Made by a program: the position numbers and the translations under genes. The notes under the pieces were generated by a model. That model made no database searches and was not told the origin of the DNA. It saw nothing but the letters and a program-made list of their open reading frames with translations. Positions 43,916-58,819 of a stretch of DNA of 64,000 nucleotides are shown here, one piece after another. The stretch lies in the NCBI RefSeq assembly GCF_009914755.1, contig NC_060930.1. One strand, written 5' to 3'. How positions within the stretch are numbered: position 1 is the stretch's first letter; the number at the start of each line of letters is the position of its first letter. Source of the stretch: the human T2T-CHM13v2.0 reference genome, Homo sapiens.

Positions 43916-46909
43916 AGAAGTTTTTTTTTTGCAGTGATAACAGTTGTTGTTTTTAATAGTGCATATAGATAGAATTACAGTGAAGATAAATAGTTATCCC
44001 TTGAATTATATAGGACTAAGTTCAAAGAAGACCTCATTCTAGGCATGGAATTCTGCAGGTGCACAGGAGCTAGTTTCTCCAAACTTCACCAGGTCTTCAC
44101 CTGGAGAAGCATATGAAAGGGACACGGCGCCTGAGAGCTCAGCCTGTGTTTAAATATATCATTCAGGAAGAGAAGCTATTCACTTTATTCACTTGCCTTT
44201 CTACACCTCCCTTTTTTTATAATAAGATGTCTAATTGGAATGGAGAGTTAGGAGACTTGTCAAAATGTTTTGTTTACACCACTTTTAGTTAGGTTGTATA
44301 ATGATTTTGGTGGGGTTGGGAGATGTGGTCTTATATGGAGCAGCAGTGGTGATAGAGGAAGTAAAGTAAATTAACACTGCAAGCCTTCTATTTGCTGCTG
44401 ACATTGAAAATAATTGTTGTGTATCTCATTATATTATTTTTAATTCATTGTATGTGAGTCCGTTAAACATAGTAGGTGATGGCACTTTGAAAATCTATTT
44501 GCTGGCTCAAAACTTGTCTATCAATTAATTCTTTCAAAAATAATTATTGATATCTAGAATGTGTCAAAGTGATGGTGATCATCCTTGATGATACAAGGTC
44601 AATCAAGATAGATACTAATTTTGCCTACAAAGAGTTTGCAATTGAAATTCATTTGATTTCTCAGGAAGAGTAGGAGAAACTCATCATAACTAATCACTCC
44701 CCAAAAGCACATATGTGTTGATTGATATAAAAATAACATACGCCCTGCTACTGATAGAGAGAGCAGGAAAATGAGACGGTCTCTTTCTAACTTGCATCTT
44801 CAATAGAAAGATTATGCAATATGCTAGCTGTTTATTCCATACTGAGGGTCCATATTCAGATTCTAAATTCCTCTATATTTTTCCTTTTTTAGAATAATAA
44901 TACATGATCCACTACCATGGTCAGTTTGTCTATGAGTTAGCTTTATTCAACACAAGTATAAAGTTTCCTTAGAGATCAATGTATAGACATCAGTATTTCA
45001 TACCTGTGAATATATGATTAGTGAAATGAATGGGAGCAATGATAATATTTATGATTGCTACAGAGAAAAACTACTTAAGCCAAATTGGTCCAGTGTTTTT
45101 TTCTGGAAAACTGTTTTACTGGAATGTTGAGAGAGAAAGAGAGAGAGGCAGAGAGAGAAGGCACATTCTTCAGGTAAAATTTCTCCAATCTATGTCCAAA
45201 TAAATTCATTTGTAAATAATTTATAGTAGTCTTGGTCTTTGGTAAAGTGAGATAGCAGCACCACTGAGACTAACACTAGCGCATTGGAAAACACTGACAA
45301 CAGGAGAGAACAATCTGTTGTTTATGCATGAGGCATGAAAAGACTTTATAAGTTTGGATAAATGTTCAGAATGCAAACCTACATGATCCATACAGCTGCC
45401 ACACTATAACCTAGTAAAGTTTCACTGAAGTGCCTGATTCCAGGGAGAGGTCCATAACTTGGTGGAAATTAGAAAACTGACGATTTTGCAGTCACCAACT
45501 TGTCCGCAAGTGGAGCTATTTTTTTAAATTGTGTAGGATTTTGAAAAAATTCAGTTGCTTCTCTTCCAATTATTTTGGTCAGTGACATGAAAACATATCT
45601 ATACTTTTGAGAGTGAGCATGTTTTCTTGGCCAAAAGAGACTGCAAAAGAGAGATTAAAAAAACAGCATTTACTCTGCATATTTGTGTTAGAAAAGGAAT
45701 TTCTCAATATATATTAAAATGTTGTTATTCCTGTTAAAAACAGAATAAGCTCAGGATGTTGCCGGTATGACTGGAATACTCTGTAGTCACCTTCCATAGG
45801 AAAGCAATTGGAAAATATAATTTCCCATTCATTACCTTAAAAATAAGTTTATTATGCCTAATATTCTTTCCATAATATGTTTTTAGAAGCAAGATGGTCA
45901 ATAGCAAGATTCAAAATTTGCCTTACATATATTTTTTTAAAATTTTCATGATTAATGTTCAACTTGGTGAATTATAGTCTTGATATTAAAAATTATTTAA
46001 ATTGAGCATACTTATTTTTTTGTTTTCCACTGACATAAACTGTACTTTAACTGCCATTAATAGGCACTACAAATATTTCATTTAACTAATGAGGAAATAT
46101 ACAAATAGATTCAGTTAATATTGGAGTTCATCAATTATTTTTTGAAGAGTTAAGTTGAAAAATGAAAATAAAAAATAGAAGGTGATTTATACATTTCTAT
46201 CTGTTTGCTCTTTGGAATATGTTTGCCAAGATGAACTATCATTAAATATAAAGTATTTAAAAGTAATATAAACAGAATCTTTAAACATGTAAGTTATGAT
46301 TTAGTGAAAGCCTTAATTACAATAATAAGCTGTTTGGACTTAATTTTTTAAGGGAGAAGAGAATGATCTCCTTAATATCGAAGAAGGCAATCTTATCAGT
46401 GATGTGAAGAACGGATGGTTGGAGTATGGAGGATTGGATCCAAATTAAAGGTGAAAGCCTGCCCACAAGTTATTGCAATAGTCCAGTGAAATGGTTAAGA
46501 GGGCCTGTCCTAGGCTAGAAGCCATAGGAATGGAAGGAAAAAGACAGATGTAGAAGGATGCTAAGATAAAGGAACTAGCATCAGTGGGAGTTGAAGCTTG
46601 ATTACAGGTTGAAAGAGAAGGTGGAATGACAGTCCACACTGGGGTACCCGGCTTGAATCACTTGAAGTGAAATATTCTCGAGGAGAATTCTTGAGGTGGT
46701 GTGTGCCTTGGCATGGCTCTTGGGAAAGCTGGTGCTCGCACTTCCAGATTTAACATAGCAGTTGGAACTACCCCTTGGAAGATGCAGAAACAGGCTTAAA
46801 AAAGATAGATGAAGACAAACTATGATTGCTTAGAACAAGTTATGTTCTTATTAAAGCATAATTATTTTTCAAGGAAAGCAGAGGAAATTTAGAATTTCAG
46901 GTATGAAGT

Positions 46910-47368
<459 letters not shown>

Positions 47369-49685
47369 TTAGAAATCAATTTCAGAGCTGAAACGCCACT
47401 GCAAGTATTTCTGAATACTCCTTTTAGTCATCTGCTCAATCACTGCTGCTGTACTATCAGAAATTTTGCATTTGAGCAGTCAGACAGGCACAGACAAGAA
47501 CCTAGGAGCGCTTACCAGTAACAACCACGAAATGGGGAAAAAGTAGTTGGAAGCTTAAGCTATTTGAGCATACTTTTGATACTATAGCTGGTAATTGGAA
47601 TTTTTGAGAAATGTAAAATGTATATACACCATTTAAGCCTCAACCTATTTTCCTTTGTTGTGAGTTAATTTCATGCAATTACAAATGATCTTCTGAATTA
47701 CACGGCAGTATGGATGTGTATGGTTTCTCAAACATTAAATGGGTCATTTTCGTAAGTAAATCATACTCAATTAAAATTTTTATCTCTATATGGAGTAAAG
47801 TAGGTATTTAATTTTTTTCTCTATAGGTAACCTATTTTCCATCACTACATATTCAATGGAAGGTGGAAAATCATTTACCCTGTAATTTGAAAGGCCATTT
47901 GTTTCCTGCATCAAGTTCTATTTATACAGAACTGCCATTCTGGTCTATTTTTAATTTCTCTAGCTTTGTGCCAAAAAAAACACTTAATTAATTAGGATTT
48001 ATCTCTTAATTATTATGATATTTTGGTAAGGTAATTCACTCTAACATTTCTGTTCTTCAGTGTTAGCGTAATTGAGAACTGAATGGCTCATAAAGAAGGA
48101 AACTTGCCTGTTTTGATATTAAACAAGAATAGAAATAAGAAAAACATTTCCCTACACAATTTACATAAACAAGTTCTCAAATAATTTTAATGATTGAACT
48201 CAAGTACCTTAGTGGTACAAACAGCTAAAGTTGAAAATTTTGTTTTAAGTTGTCCTGGATTGATATTTCCCACAGGGAATTGGCAAAAGCAAATGCAAAT
48301 ATTCTAAGATGTAAGAAATCAAGTAAATAATAAATAAGCCACAAATAATTTTCAGAGTTAAAGTACCAAAAAAAACTTAGTGGGTCACAGATTTTTTAAA
48401 ATATTGCACAATAAAAGAAAACAAGTCACCATGTGTGAGCATTAGCTAACACAATAATTAGCCTTGTTAGATTAAAAAAGGCTCCAAAAAATTTGAATCA
48501 TCAAAGTTGGAATATATTGAAAAAATACATTTTTGTATTAACTATATTAAAAATACATTTTCAAAAATCTTGAAAATATATGTCAACAACAAAAGATTAT
48601 AAAAAGCAAACCAAGGAGATATATATGTATATATGTGTGTGTGTATATATATACATATAAAATTTGATTTATATATAATTATATATATTTATACATAAAC
48701 ATTCAAATTAAAAATGAAATAAATGGGTTAAACACACTTACAGACAAGTAAAAAGAGAGTGAATAGATAATATAGTTGAAGAATTTTCCATTATTGATCT
48801 CAGATATTTAAAGATATGAGAAATACAAAAGAGAGATTTAGAAAGTTCTAAGAAAAAGTGCGAAAATTTAACACAACCAAACAGGATTCAAAAAATATCT
48901 AAAAGACATAATTAGGAAGAAATGCTATTTATTCAAAGGAATGATGGATGAGAATTTTCTTTTGTGAGAAACAGAGAATAGAAAGTGCACGTCATGTTTA
49001 AGGTTCATGGCTTCATTTGACTTGTAGAGAAATCAGAATTTGTAGACTTTCATTTCCTTAACTTTCTCTTACAGAAATGTTTGTTACACTTTTACTTGGC
49101 AGGAAATATTTAGTTTTTTAATACTCAAACACTTTATTGAAGTAGACATTTTCAAGAAGACTGCAAAAAGTCCTGAATGTGTACATTCTGCTGACCACAA
49201 AAAAATATATAAAGAACTCAAATAGAAGACTAGGCAGGTGGGTAGAGTTCTTATTTAAGAATATATGCATACTCTATTTCTTGTCATTTTGAATCATAGT
49301 TCTGTTATGAATGCTTACAATGAAGAGACCAAGAAACCATTCAATTTATTTAATTAGTGACTAAAATTTTCAGTTTTTATTTCCTGGAGTCTTTTAAACT
49401 GAAGCATTGTGAAGACCAAAAACTTAAAAGACATGTTGATTGTAGGACATATATTAGTTTACTCAAATACGCAATGTGTTTGTTTCAAAACCACATGTAT
49501 AAGTTGACTACTATTTCTGAGTGGGATAAAAAACTTCATGGAAACAGTTTATATAGAGAAGAGGGTCCAAGTTTAAACCACAAATGGCTCCAATCTGTAG
49601 AAGGAGAGTGCAGGTAAAGAAGACAGCAAATGAGACTCTTGAAGAGGATCAGTTGAGGTATTGCTCCTCACAAGAAGGCATTAGC

Positions 49686-50260
49686 TGCGGGGGTCTGCCC
49701 GCAGACCCTGACCCAAATGATGGATGAATAAAACATACACTGACACACAGATATTCTGTTTTGCCAGTCCTGCTGAGTGTCCAACCGCCTGCCCACCAAG
49801 AAAGGTTTGTCACTGTGGCTGGCCTTGAGCAGTTTGCACTCCAGGCATTTATTTAGTATACAATTAACAACGGATGCTCTGAGTTAACACACTTGTGGAT
49901 AATTAACATGGTTAAGAGAATAGTTCTACAAATGAATAAAGCTCAGGTACCGCGGTTTAGAGTAAATACCATTAGGCGGCAACATCCCTGGTCGACCTGC
50001 CCCCCAGCCCCCCCTCCCACTCAAGAGGGCCATCTGGCTCAAAGGTTAGTTAATGGAAGTAGGGTAAACAGACTTAACTGGGGAAGCCTCTATTGTCCCT
50101 AGTATTTACCCTATGACCTAATGCTCTAAGGTAGGGACCAGCTGCCTTCAGCCTGTTCAATTATTACAAGCTATGTAAAAAAGGTTTGTGACTATTCCCT
50201 ATAACTTTCCCTAATGTTTCCCTTTAATATTTCTGCCACCATCCTGAGTGAATCCCAACA
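49686..50260 (-). mobile_element. Solo LTR, LTR22-like (HML-5/HERV-K22)
   Basis: Minus strand starts tgttgggattcactcaggatggtggcagaaatattaaaggg and ends cagacccccgca; degenerate 6-bp TSD attagc/atcagt. Confidence 0.7.
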
Positions 50261-51902
50261 ATCAGTGAAGTAAGGGGGAAAAGTGGGGGATGTTAGAGTC
50301 TTGGAAGCCATGAGAGAAGAGAGTTTTAAGAATATGAGTGTGGCTGACTTGGTAAGAAATTGAGTAAGGTGAGGACAGAAACATCATTAAAAATATTGGC
50401 AACCTTAACAGAAACATTTTTAATGGAGTAGTAGGAAAATAGTTAAGATTGTGTTGGATCAAAGTGTGTAACTGGAAACAACAATTGAAGATAGCCTGTG
50501 CAGACCAATCTTCTGAGCAAGTTGGCTTTAGGAGAGTTCAGGAATATAAGCAAATAGTTAGAGATAGTGAGAAATTGGATGTTTTGCTGTATTATGTTTT
50601 CTTTTACCTCTTTTTTATACAGTGGCTGAACACACCAGAAAATTCTGGTATACTGATATGATTGCCAAAGAAGAGAAGAAAAAAAGAGGAAAAATTAAAG
50701 AAACAAAGTTCTGAGAAGAGTCAAGGGGATGGGGCTTCAAAGAAGATATGAAATATTGGCCTTTTTCCTTTGGTAAAAGGAAAGACATTTCTATCATTAA
50801 AAGCAATGAAATAAAAGGTGGGCTAATCTAAGTAAGATTGCAGGTTTGTTGAGGACAAGATTAAGACAGTGAAAATATTAAGTGAGCTTAGAAAAAGGAT
50901 ATGGGAATGAATGAATGGACTGTTTCCAATTGATATTACAAAAGTGTTACAGCTATTGATAAAGAATCAATGAAAAAATATGAATAACAGGATGGTCAGG
51001 CAAAAATGAGAGTTTAACTGAGTTTGAAGATAAGCACAGGTCAATAGTACCTAGGCTCATTCATCATTGTTTTGTGACATCCTCCAGAAAGCCCATAATA
51101 ATAAGATAAAACAAATTTCCATAACTGGAATTATAAAAGACTATTAGATTGACAAAATAATAGTAAAGTTTATATTGAATGACTGGTTGTAAAACAATGA
51201 CTTGAAAAAGAGAGAGGTGATGCCAGATTTAGGAGATGGAGAGGAATATGGTAGGACTTGGACAACTAAAGATCTCCATTTTGGTAGAGATAAAGATATG
51301 ACTCAGTAGAAATTTACATAAAACATTAGGAGGCACAGTCAAAGAGTGAGATTTCAGAGTAGGTTATCCAAAGAAAGTTTTCAACTGATAATTAAATCTA
51401 TACTATTAGTGCTTATGTGAGTGACTCAGCTGGCTAATATGAAAGTCAGTGTTTTGAAGAAGTTGAAGATAATTAGGGCAGTGTGAGAGGAATACCAAAA
51501 TAGACAAAAAGAAACCACATATACTGTAATTTTTGGCAGTAAAAAGAATTTTTTCATGTCACTTTTAGTACTAACTGGGTGACAAAAGTTAAATAACTCA
51601 TTTATTTTCCTAAACTTTTGATTAATTTCCTTATTGGAGGCTACCACAAAGAAAATTGACAATTTTAGAATTCGAGGTAAAGGTCAATCATATATTAAAT
51701 GTCAGTCCTGAGAAAAGAAATTAAGTCTTGACAGTAGAATATATTCAAAGAGAACCACCAACTTTGCCCCCTGCTAATGCGGCTTAGCTATAGATGCCCC
51801 CTGAAAATAATTTTTAGCTACAGTAATTATCTAAAATAAGCAAACAGAAATAGATCTTTGCTCCAGGAAATTTTCAATGCTGCCCTGAGATTGAGTAGGA
51901 AA

Positions 51903-51903
<1 letters not shown>

Positions 51904-51935
<32 letters not shown>
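51904..51935. repeat. (TG)n microsatellite
   Basis: About 16 perfect TG units. Confidence 0.95.
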
Positions 51936-51939
<4 letters not shown>

Positions 51940-52425
51940 AACATGATCAGATACTTTTGGAATGACTTTGGATATTAGTACGTACACTATAGGCAAGAAA
52001 TTCTGAATAATTCAGTGATATAAGACAACTTCTGTGTCTTTTAAAAATTATAGTCTAAAGAAAGATGTCAGAGAGATGAATATTTGCTTTGAACAAATGT
52101 AACATTTACAGAATCCTTTATACAAAGAATTAAACAGAAATTCATTATTTGTTTTGTAAAATAGTTATTATAATATCCTTTTAAATGTCATCTCTTCATT
52201 AAGTTTTAATAATTGGATAACTTTTGTAGAGCTCAAATATTTTGTACATCAGGATTGAAATGCATGCTAACAAAATAAACCTAAAGAAGAAAATTGAATA
52301 AAATATGGTTCTTTCAAATAAGCAAACAAAATTTAGTAATCTGAAAAGCAGAAATATTGAGCAAAGAGAATGCAATATGCACTAAAAATATATACCATTA
52401 TATATTGTATATATAAAAAATAGAA

Positions 52426-52715
52426 TGGAGATGGTTAATGGTTACAAAAATATACTTAGAATAAATAAGATCTAGTATTTGATAGCACAGCAGGGTAACT
52501 ACAGTCAACAGTAATTTACTGTACATTTTAAAATAGCTAAAAGAATATAATTGGATTACTTGCAACACAAAAAAAGAGTAAATGCTTGAGTTGATGGATA
52601 CTCCATTTTTCCTGATGTGATTATTATTCATTGCATGCCTGTATCAAAATATCTCAAATACTCCATAATCATTTATACCTACTATATACTTGTACAAATG
52701 AAAAATTAAAAAATA
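52426..52715 (+). mobile_element. L1MA 3' end
   Basis: atggttaatggttacaaaaata...gatctagtatttgatagcacag...A-rich end. Confidence 0.8.
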
Positions 52716-52738
52716 AGAAGTGTTCATTTAAAACATAC

Positions 52739-53272
52739 TTATAATGGTTAAATTTGTGTGTCAACTGAGTAGGTTAAGGAATTTCTAGATAGGTGGTAAA
52801 ACAGTTTTGGGTATGTTTGTGAGGATGTTTTAGGAAGAGATTGGCATTTGAATCAGTAGATTGGGTAAAGAAGATCTATTCATCTGTTGAAGGCCTGAGT
52901 AGAGCAAAAAGGTGGAGAAAGGACAAATTTTCATCTCTTTTCTGAAGCTGAAACATGCATCTTCTCCTGCCTGTGGACACTGAAGCTCCTGGTTCGAGTC
53001 CGGGACTCAAACCAGTGTGTCCCCCAAACACCCACAACCTGCAGGGCCCTCAGCCTTGGACCAAGACTTACACTATTGGCTCCCCTGGTTCTCAGGTTCT
53101 CAGATTTGGACTGAATTACACCACTGGCTTTCCTGGTTCTCCGGCTCACAGATGGCATCTGATGGAACTTCTCAGCCTCCATAATCTCATGAGCCAATTC
53201 CCATAATAAATATTCTCTTACGCCTACACATACCCAGTTGGTTCAATTTCTCTGGAAAACCCTAAGATCATA
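52739..53272 (+). mobile_element. MLT2-family (ERVL) solo LTR
   Basis: atggttaaatttgtgtgtcaact...cagcctccataatctcatgagccaattccc...tctctggaaaaccct. Confidence 0.75.
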
Positions 53273-53582
53273 CTAATTCCATCATATTTAATGTACATGT
53301 TGAAATATGAAATACTGTTTAAAAATGAACATTTATTAAGTTTTCTATGAATTAAATACAGATATAATCAAAATTAGCAAGTTTGGTGGTTCCAAAGTCT
53401 CCTAAATGTGACAGAAAGAACAGTTAAGAGAGGAAAAAAAAAGAATGTGATATCTAGAAAGAGAAAAACTTTTCCAGTGAAAACCTAAAAATTCTTAACC
53501 ACAAGTTTTCACTTAACATTAAAGTATATTTAGAAGTAGAGACGGTAGGAGCATTTAAGCTCTCTCTCCCAAGAACCTACTA

Positions 53583-54179
53583 TATTTTTATTACTACTGT
53601 TTTTTAAACTTTTATTTTAGGTTCAAATGTTACTAGGTGAATTTGCATGCCACAGGGTTGGTTTACAGATTATTTTATCACCCAGGTAATAAGCATACTA
53701 CCTAATATGTGTATCAATGTTTAGCTCCCACTCATAAGTGAGAACGCAGGTATTTGGTTTCCTCTTCCTGCATTAGTTCGCTTAGGACATGATCTTGTTC
53801 TTTTTTATGGCTGTGTAGTATTCCGTGATATGTATGTACCACATACTATTTGTTACTAGGTGAATTGCATGCCACAGGGTTGGTTTACAGATTATTTTAT
53901 CACCCAGGTAATAAGCATACTACCTAATATGTGTATCAATGTTTAGCTCCCACTCATAAGTGAGAACGCAGGTATTTGGTTTCCTCTTCCTGCATTAGTT
54001 CGCTTAGGACATGATCTTGTTCTTTTTTATGGCTGTGTAGTATTCCGTGATATGTATGTACCACATTTTCTTTACATAGTCTATTGTTGATGAGCCTTAG
54101 TGTTGATTTCATGACTTTGCTATTGTGCATAGTGCTGTGATGAACAAAAATGTGCATGTGTCTTTATGGTAGAATGAAG
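53583..54179 (-). mobile_element. Old L1PA 3' fragment containing a 217-bp tandem duplication
   Basis: Antisense L1 3'UTR/ORF2 end; TSD gaacctacta at 53573-53582 and 54180-54189. Confidence 0.8.
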
Positions 54180-54430
54180 GAACCTACTAATACTATTTTA
54201 ACAGAACTTTGACAGCTGCTTCTCTGTTTACACAGCCTAACATAAACAAATGTGTCTGCTTAGGTCAACAGTTAGAAACAGGAGGTTTACAAAACTCATT
54301 TGGCATGAAGACCAGTTTTGTTTGGTCTACAGAGATTTTAAATTTTGCAAACATTTAAAAATAATGAAATTTTATATGAAAATAAGTTTTCTGGCTTCTT
54401 TTGAAAGAACAGAATAGTTGGTGACACTGC

Positions 54431-54826
54431 TGTTAAAAGAAAAACTTTAGACAAATTAAATTTGACAGAGTTTAATTGAGCATAGAACGATTCATGAATA
54501 AGGTAGCCTCCCAAACCAGAATAGATTCAGAGAGACTCTGGCAGTGCTGAGTGGTTGAAGATTTATGGACAGGAAAAGGAAAGTGACATACAAAAAATGG
54601 AAGTGAGAAACAGAAACAGCTGGATTGGTTACAGTTTGCCATTTGCCTTATTTGAACTTGCTTTGAACAGTTGGCCACCTTTGATTGTCTGAAACTCAGT
54701 GATTGCTACAAGAGTAACAGCCTGTTTACACAACCATTTAGGCTACGGTTCACTATGTATAGAGAAACCTTTAGAATTAGCTCAAAATATGTAAGGAGGC
54801 AGCTTTAGACTAAATTTAATTTAACA
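54431..54826 (-). mobile_element. MER57-like ERV1 solo LTR
   Basis: Minus strand starts tgttaaattaaatttagtctaaagctgcctccttacatattt; TG...CA ends; TSD ctgc/ctgt. Confidence 0.75.
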
Positions 54827-56194
54827 CTGTGCTTTAAGTAGCAGCTGGTTTCTTTTCACATGGGCCTTAACCTGTTCATTTTCCAGTCCTTTCCACTTAC
54901 CTGAATACTTACACCTGCCCTTCCTGGAAAATTGTCTTGGCCCTTGTAGGTGTTTGACTTTGGGATGCCCTGCTCAGTCTGTGAGTTCTGAATGCCAATC
55001 AATTCCTTGCAAATCCCATCTTTTACTAATGTGGAAATCTGACCTCTACTCAAACCTATGTGAAAGGTCATAAGGCTCAGGAAATAAGACAGTAGATATG
55101 GCTCTGCCTGCACCTGTGAGAATACTGCAGAAGTAGAGAACAGAGAAATTCAACCTCCTGTGTTTGGATCAGACAAGAAACAATGGAAGGATATGTGGCA
55201 GAAGTAAATAAAGTAATTAATAAGAAGAATGAGACAATTTTAGGAGGGAATTTTATAAAATGATCAATTGATTGTGGAAATACGTTTCACTTTCCTTTCA
55301 TTATTTCATATCTCAACTTCCTCATTCAATTAATTCAATAATGCGACTTTCTCATTTTCTTATACCCTTGTCTTCAATTAATTAATGCAGTAAATGAATG
55401 AGAAGTCAAATTTAAGAGAAATTTTCTATAGAGAACAATTAAGTCCAAAGGAAAAGATAATGAACAGAATTTAAATGAGTAAAATAAATTTATAAAATGT
55501 GATGGCCAAAATTATCATACTTTGTGTAATTTCTTTCAAAATGTTGGATGAATTTCATTCATTTACCACATTGCAAAATGAAAAATAACATGTTAAAGTC
55601 AGGAGAATAATCTTATGAAATCATAAATAAAAAGGAAATTATAGTTTTCATACTTTTGGTTACAAATGACAGAAGACAAAGGAATGTGAGCAATTGAAAT
55701 CCAGTAGTTTTCTCACAAAGGTTAATTGAAAAAAATGAAGAAACACTTAAAAGTGTTAGACAAATGTACAGTCCCCTCTGCTCACTGACACTTGTTGGCA
55801 TTCCTGTTTACAGCCTCTAAGACTAACTTTCTTAAAGTTCATGAAATATTTTATCTTAGTATGCTTCAATTCATCACTATGGCAATTTAAATTATCTTTA
55901 AAAGTAGTATTGCTGATTCAAATTATTTTTTTATATTGCTGATGCAACTTGTACTATACTCTTTCTTGATTGAATTTCTTATTTCTGAGGATTTCGTGTC
56001 TCATTTCTAATTACAAGGAGCTGTCCTTTGCCATCAACAATATGAATGAGCCTTCATTAAAGAGGTTTCACTGGAGAAAGAAAGAATGAGAAAAAAAACA
56101 GAGAGAGAGAGAGAGACCTTGAGAGTCTAGCGAGAGCAAGAAATAGACAGGTGTGAAAAAAGGAGATGAAAGAATACACCAATTTTATTTCATG

Positions 56195-56365
56195 CAGGGA
56201 TTCTTAACAGTTGTATTATTGACATTTTGGGCCACATAGTTATTTGTTGTGAGGAGCTGAGCTAAGCTATGCTTTGCAGGATGTTTAGCAGTCTCCCTAG
56301 TCTTTATTCACTAAATTCCAGTAATGCCTCTTCTGCAAGTAGTGACAGCCAAAAATGTGTCCTAA
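56195..56365. mobile_element. MER20 hAT DNA transposon
   Basis: cagggattcttaac...gacattttgggcc...gcaggatgtttagcag...gtgacagccaaaaatgt. Confidence 0.7.
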
Positions 56366-57694
56366 AGTACAAAATTATTCTCAAACAAGTGTTTTATACT
56401 TTCCAGTCTTTCTGAGTTAAATTTTCCACAATAAAGCTATTCCCATGGTAGAGTTGACTGACTTAAAACTAAATCATGTCTAATTTTTTACATTTTAAAG
56501 AGTCACTGTTTTAAGGTATTTAGTTTCTGATTAAAATAATTTAAACTATTTTTTACTGGAAAAGTTTTATTCCCCTTTGTCTTCAAGTAAATGATTAAAT
56601 TCCAATGAATATTACTCTGGCAACTAAAGGTTTTTCATATGAGGTATACATTTTTGGCTAGAAATAATTCCAAGAAAAAAAACCTTCAGTATAAATGTTT
56701 CCTTTATTTTATATTCTCATTTTACATACTATGGTTAAATGATTTTTGGTTAAAACACAAAACCTCAGAGCAAAGAAATGCATCAATAAGGAAGTTGTAA
56801 TCAACTAATCTCTAATATCGGGTGACATTACAACGTGCCTATATATGCACAACACTTGATTGCCTAACCTTATTTTTTGTACTAGAAATAATATTTTCTA
56901 TTCAAATATGAGCAGTTTGGTAAATATTGCTGATAATTCTTCTTATTATAATTATTATTATTAAGCCATGACTCAAAGTATTTATCACACTTTTCTCATA
57001 CCTTTATTCTCATATTTTTAGAAAATCATTTTATGGCAGAAATTTGGCATTTAAAGATGGAAAAGCTAAGGCCCAGGAGGAAAATAATTTGTACATTACA
57101 TAATGGTGGCACTTAGAAACTAATCAGGATCTTTAGGTCCATACTCTTGTGCTAAGCCACTAAGTGGATACTTCTGTGAGGTCTAGAAGTATCTTAGTTT
57201 TTTCTACACATTTACTAATTTTATACCATAATGTTCTGGTGTCACTGATTCACTAGCAGGGATTAAGAATGTTCTCACCAACTGGAGAAAATTTATCCTG
57301 AATGATATGCAATTAAGGGATTTGGATAGCTATGAAGAGCAACTACATAAATTGAACTGTAAAAAATATTCCAAACCATTGTGAAAATCTTATCTCCAAA
57401 GTAAATGAATCTAGGAAGTAATTCATTCCAATCTGTGTTGTCCAATACGGTAACCTCAAGCTACATGTGGAAATATAATTTTAAATTTAGGACATCGTGA
57501 AAATTTAAGGAAAAAACTATCACTCTGACTTAAGGCAATAGTCATAGAAAAGATGTTTCATTTTATGAGTTTTGCAAATTATAATATTCTCCAGAAATAG
57601 ATGTCAGTCTACTTTTTTGATTTATGTTTTAAAATTCAATTTCTTGAGAACTCAGAGTAATATTGACTGGCTGCCCAACCCTGCTCAATCTGAC

Positions 57695-58460
57695 ATGTTA
57701 GGAAGGCTATTATCAAAAAGACAGGCAATAGCAAGTGTGGGTGAGATCATGAAGAAAAAAGAACTGTTGTAAAATGTTGCTGAATTCAGTCTGCTGGTAT
57801 TTTATTGAAAATTTTTGCATCTATGTTCATGGGAGATTTTGACCTTTAGTTTTCCTTTCCTATAGTGTCCTTGTCTAGCTTTGGTATAAGAGTAATGCTG
57901 GCCTCATAAAATTAGTTTGGAAGTATTTCATCTACTTTTTCCTGGAAGAGTTTAAGAAGGAATGGTATTAGCTCCTCCTTGAATGGAGTTCAGCTGTGAA
58001 GGCTTCTGGTCCTGAGCTATTCTTTGCTGGAAGGTTTTTTTATTACTCCTTATTCATTATTGGTCTGTTCCGGCTTTTATTTTTCTTAATTCAGTCTTGG
58101 TAGATTGTATGTTTCTAGGAATATGTCCATTCCTTTTAGGTTTTGCAATTTGTTGGCACATAATTGTTCATAATAGTGCCTTATGAGGTAAGTGTTGGTG
58201 AGGGTGGGGACCCCTTGTACACTGTTGGTGGGAATATAAATTGGTACAGCCATTACAGAAGTTTGAAACTTCCTCAAAAAATTAAAAATTGAACTACCAA
58301 AGGATCCCTCAATTTCTCTGCTGGGTATATATCCAAAGGAAATGAATTCAGTATCTCTAAGAGATATATGCATTCCCATATTCATTAAAGCATTTTTCAT
58401 AATAGCCAAGATATGAAACCAACCTGTGTCTGTCAATGGATAAATGGTAAAGAAAGTGTA
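57695..58460. mobile_element. Old L1 fragments with an inverted ORF2 segment
   Basis: Sense 57695-57775, antisense 57776-58187 ([13 protein letters not shown]...LPRLN on minus), sense 58190-58460. Confidence 0.7.
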
Positions 58461-58530
58461 ATTTTATTTACATATATATTTTCCACACATATATGAAAAG
58501 TGAGAATATAGACAGTGTCCCTGGGAACTT

Positions 58531-58819
58531 TTTTTTTTTTGAGACGGAGTCTCTATCACCCAGGTTGAAGTGCAGTGGTGTGATCTCGGCTCACTGCAAG
58601 CTCCGCCCCCCGGGTTCACACCATTCTCCTGCCTCAGCTTCCTGAGTAGCGGGGACTACAGGCGCCCGCCACCACGCCCGGCTAATTTTTTTGTATTTTT
58701 AGTAGAGACGGTGTTTCACCATGTTAGCCTGGATGGTCTCAATCTCCTGACCTCGTGATCCGCCCGCCTCCTCCTCTCAAAAGTGCTGGGATTACAGGCA
58801 TGAGCCACCGCGCCCGGCC
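58531..58819 (-). mobile_element. AluY SINE
   Basis: TSD ccctg[g/a]gaactt at 58519-58530 and 58820-58831. Confidence 0.92.

Noticed and set aside
44082-44110. Short hairpin cttcaccaggt-cttc-acctggagaag (similar ttcactg...cagtgaa near 42051)
   Set aside because: Too short to exceed chance; no ncRNA context
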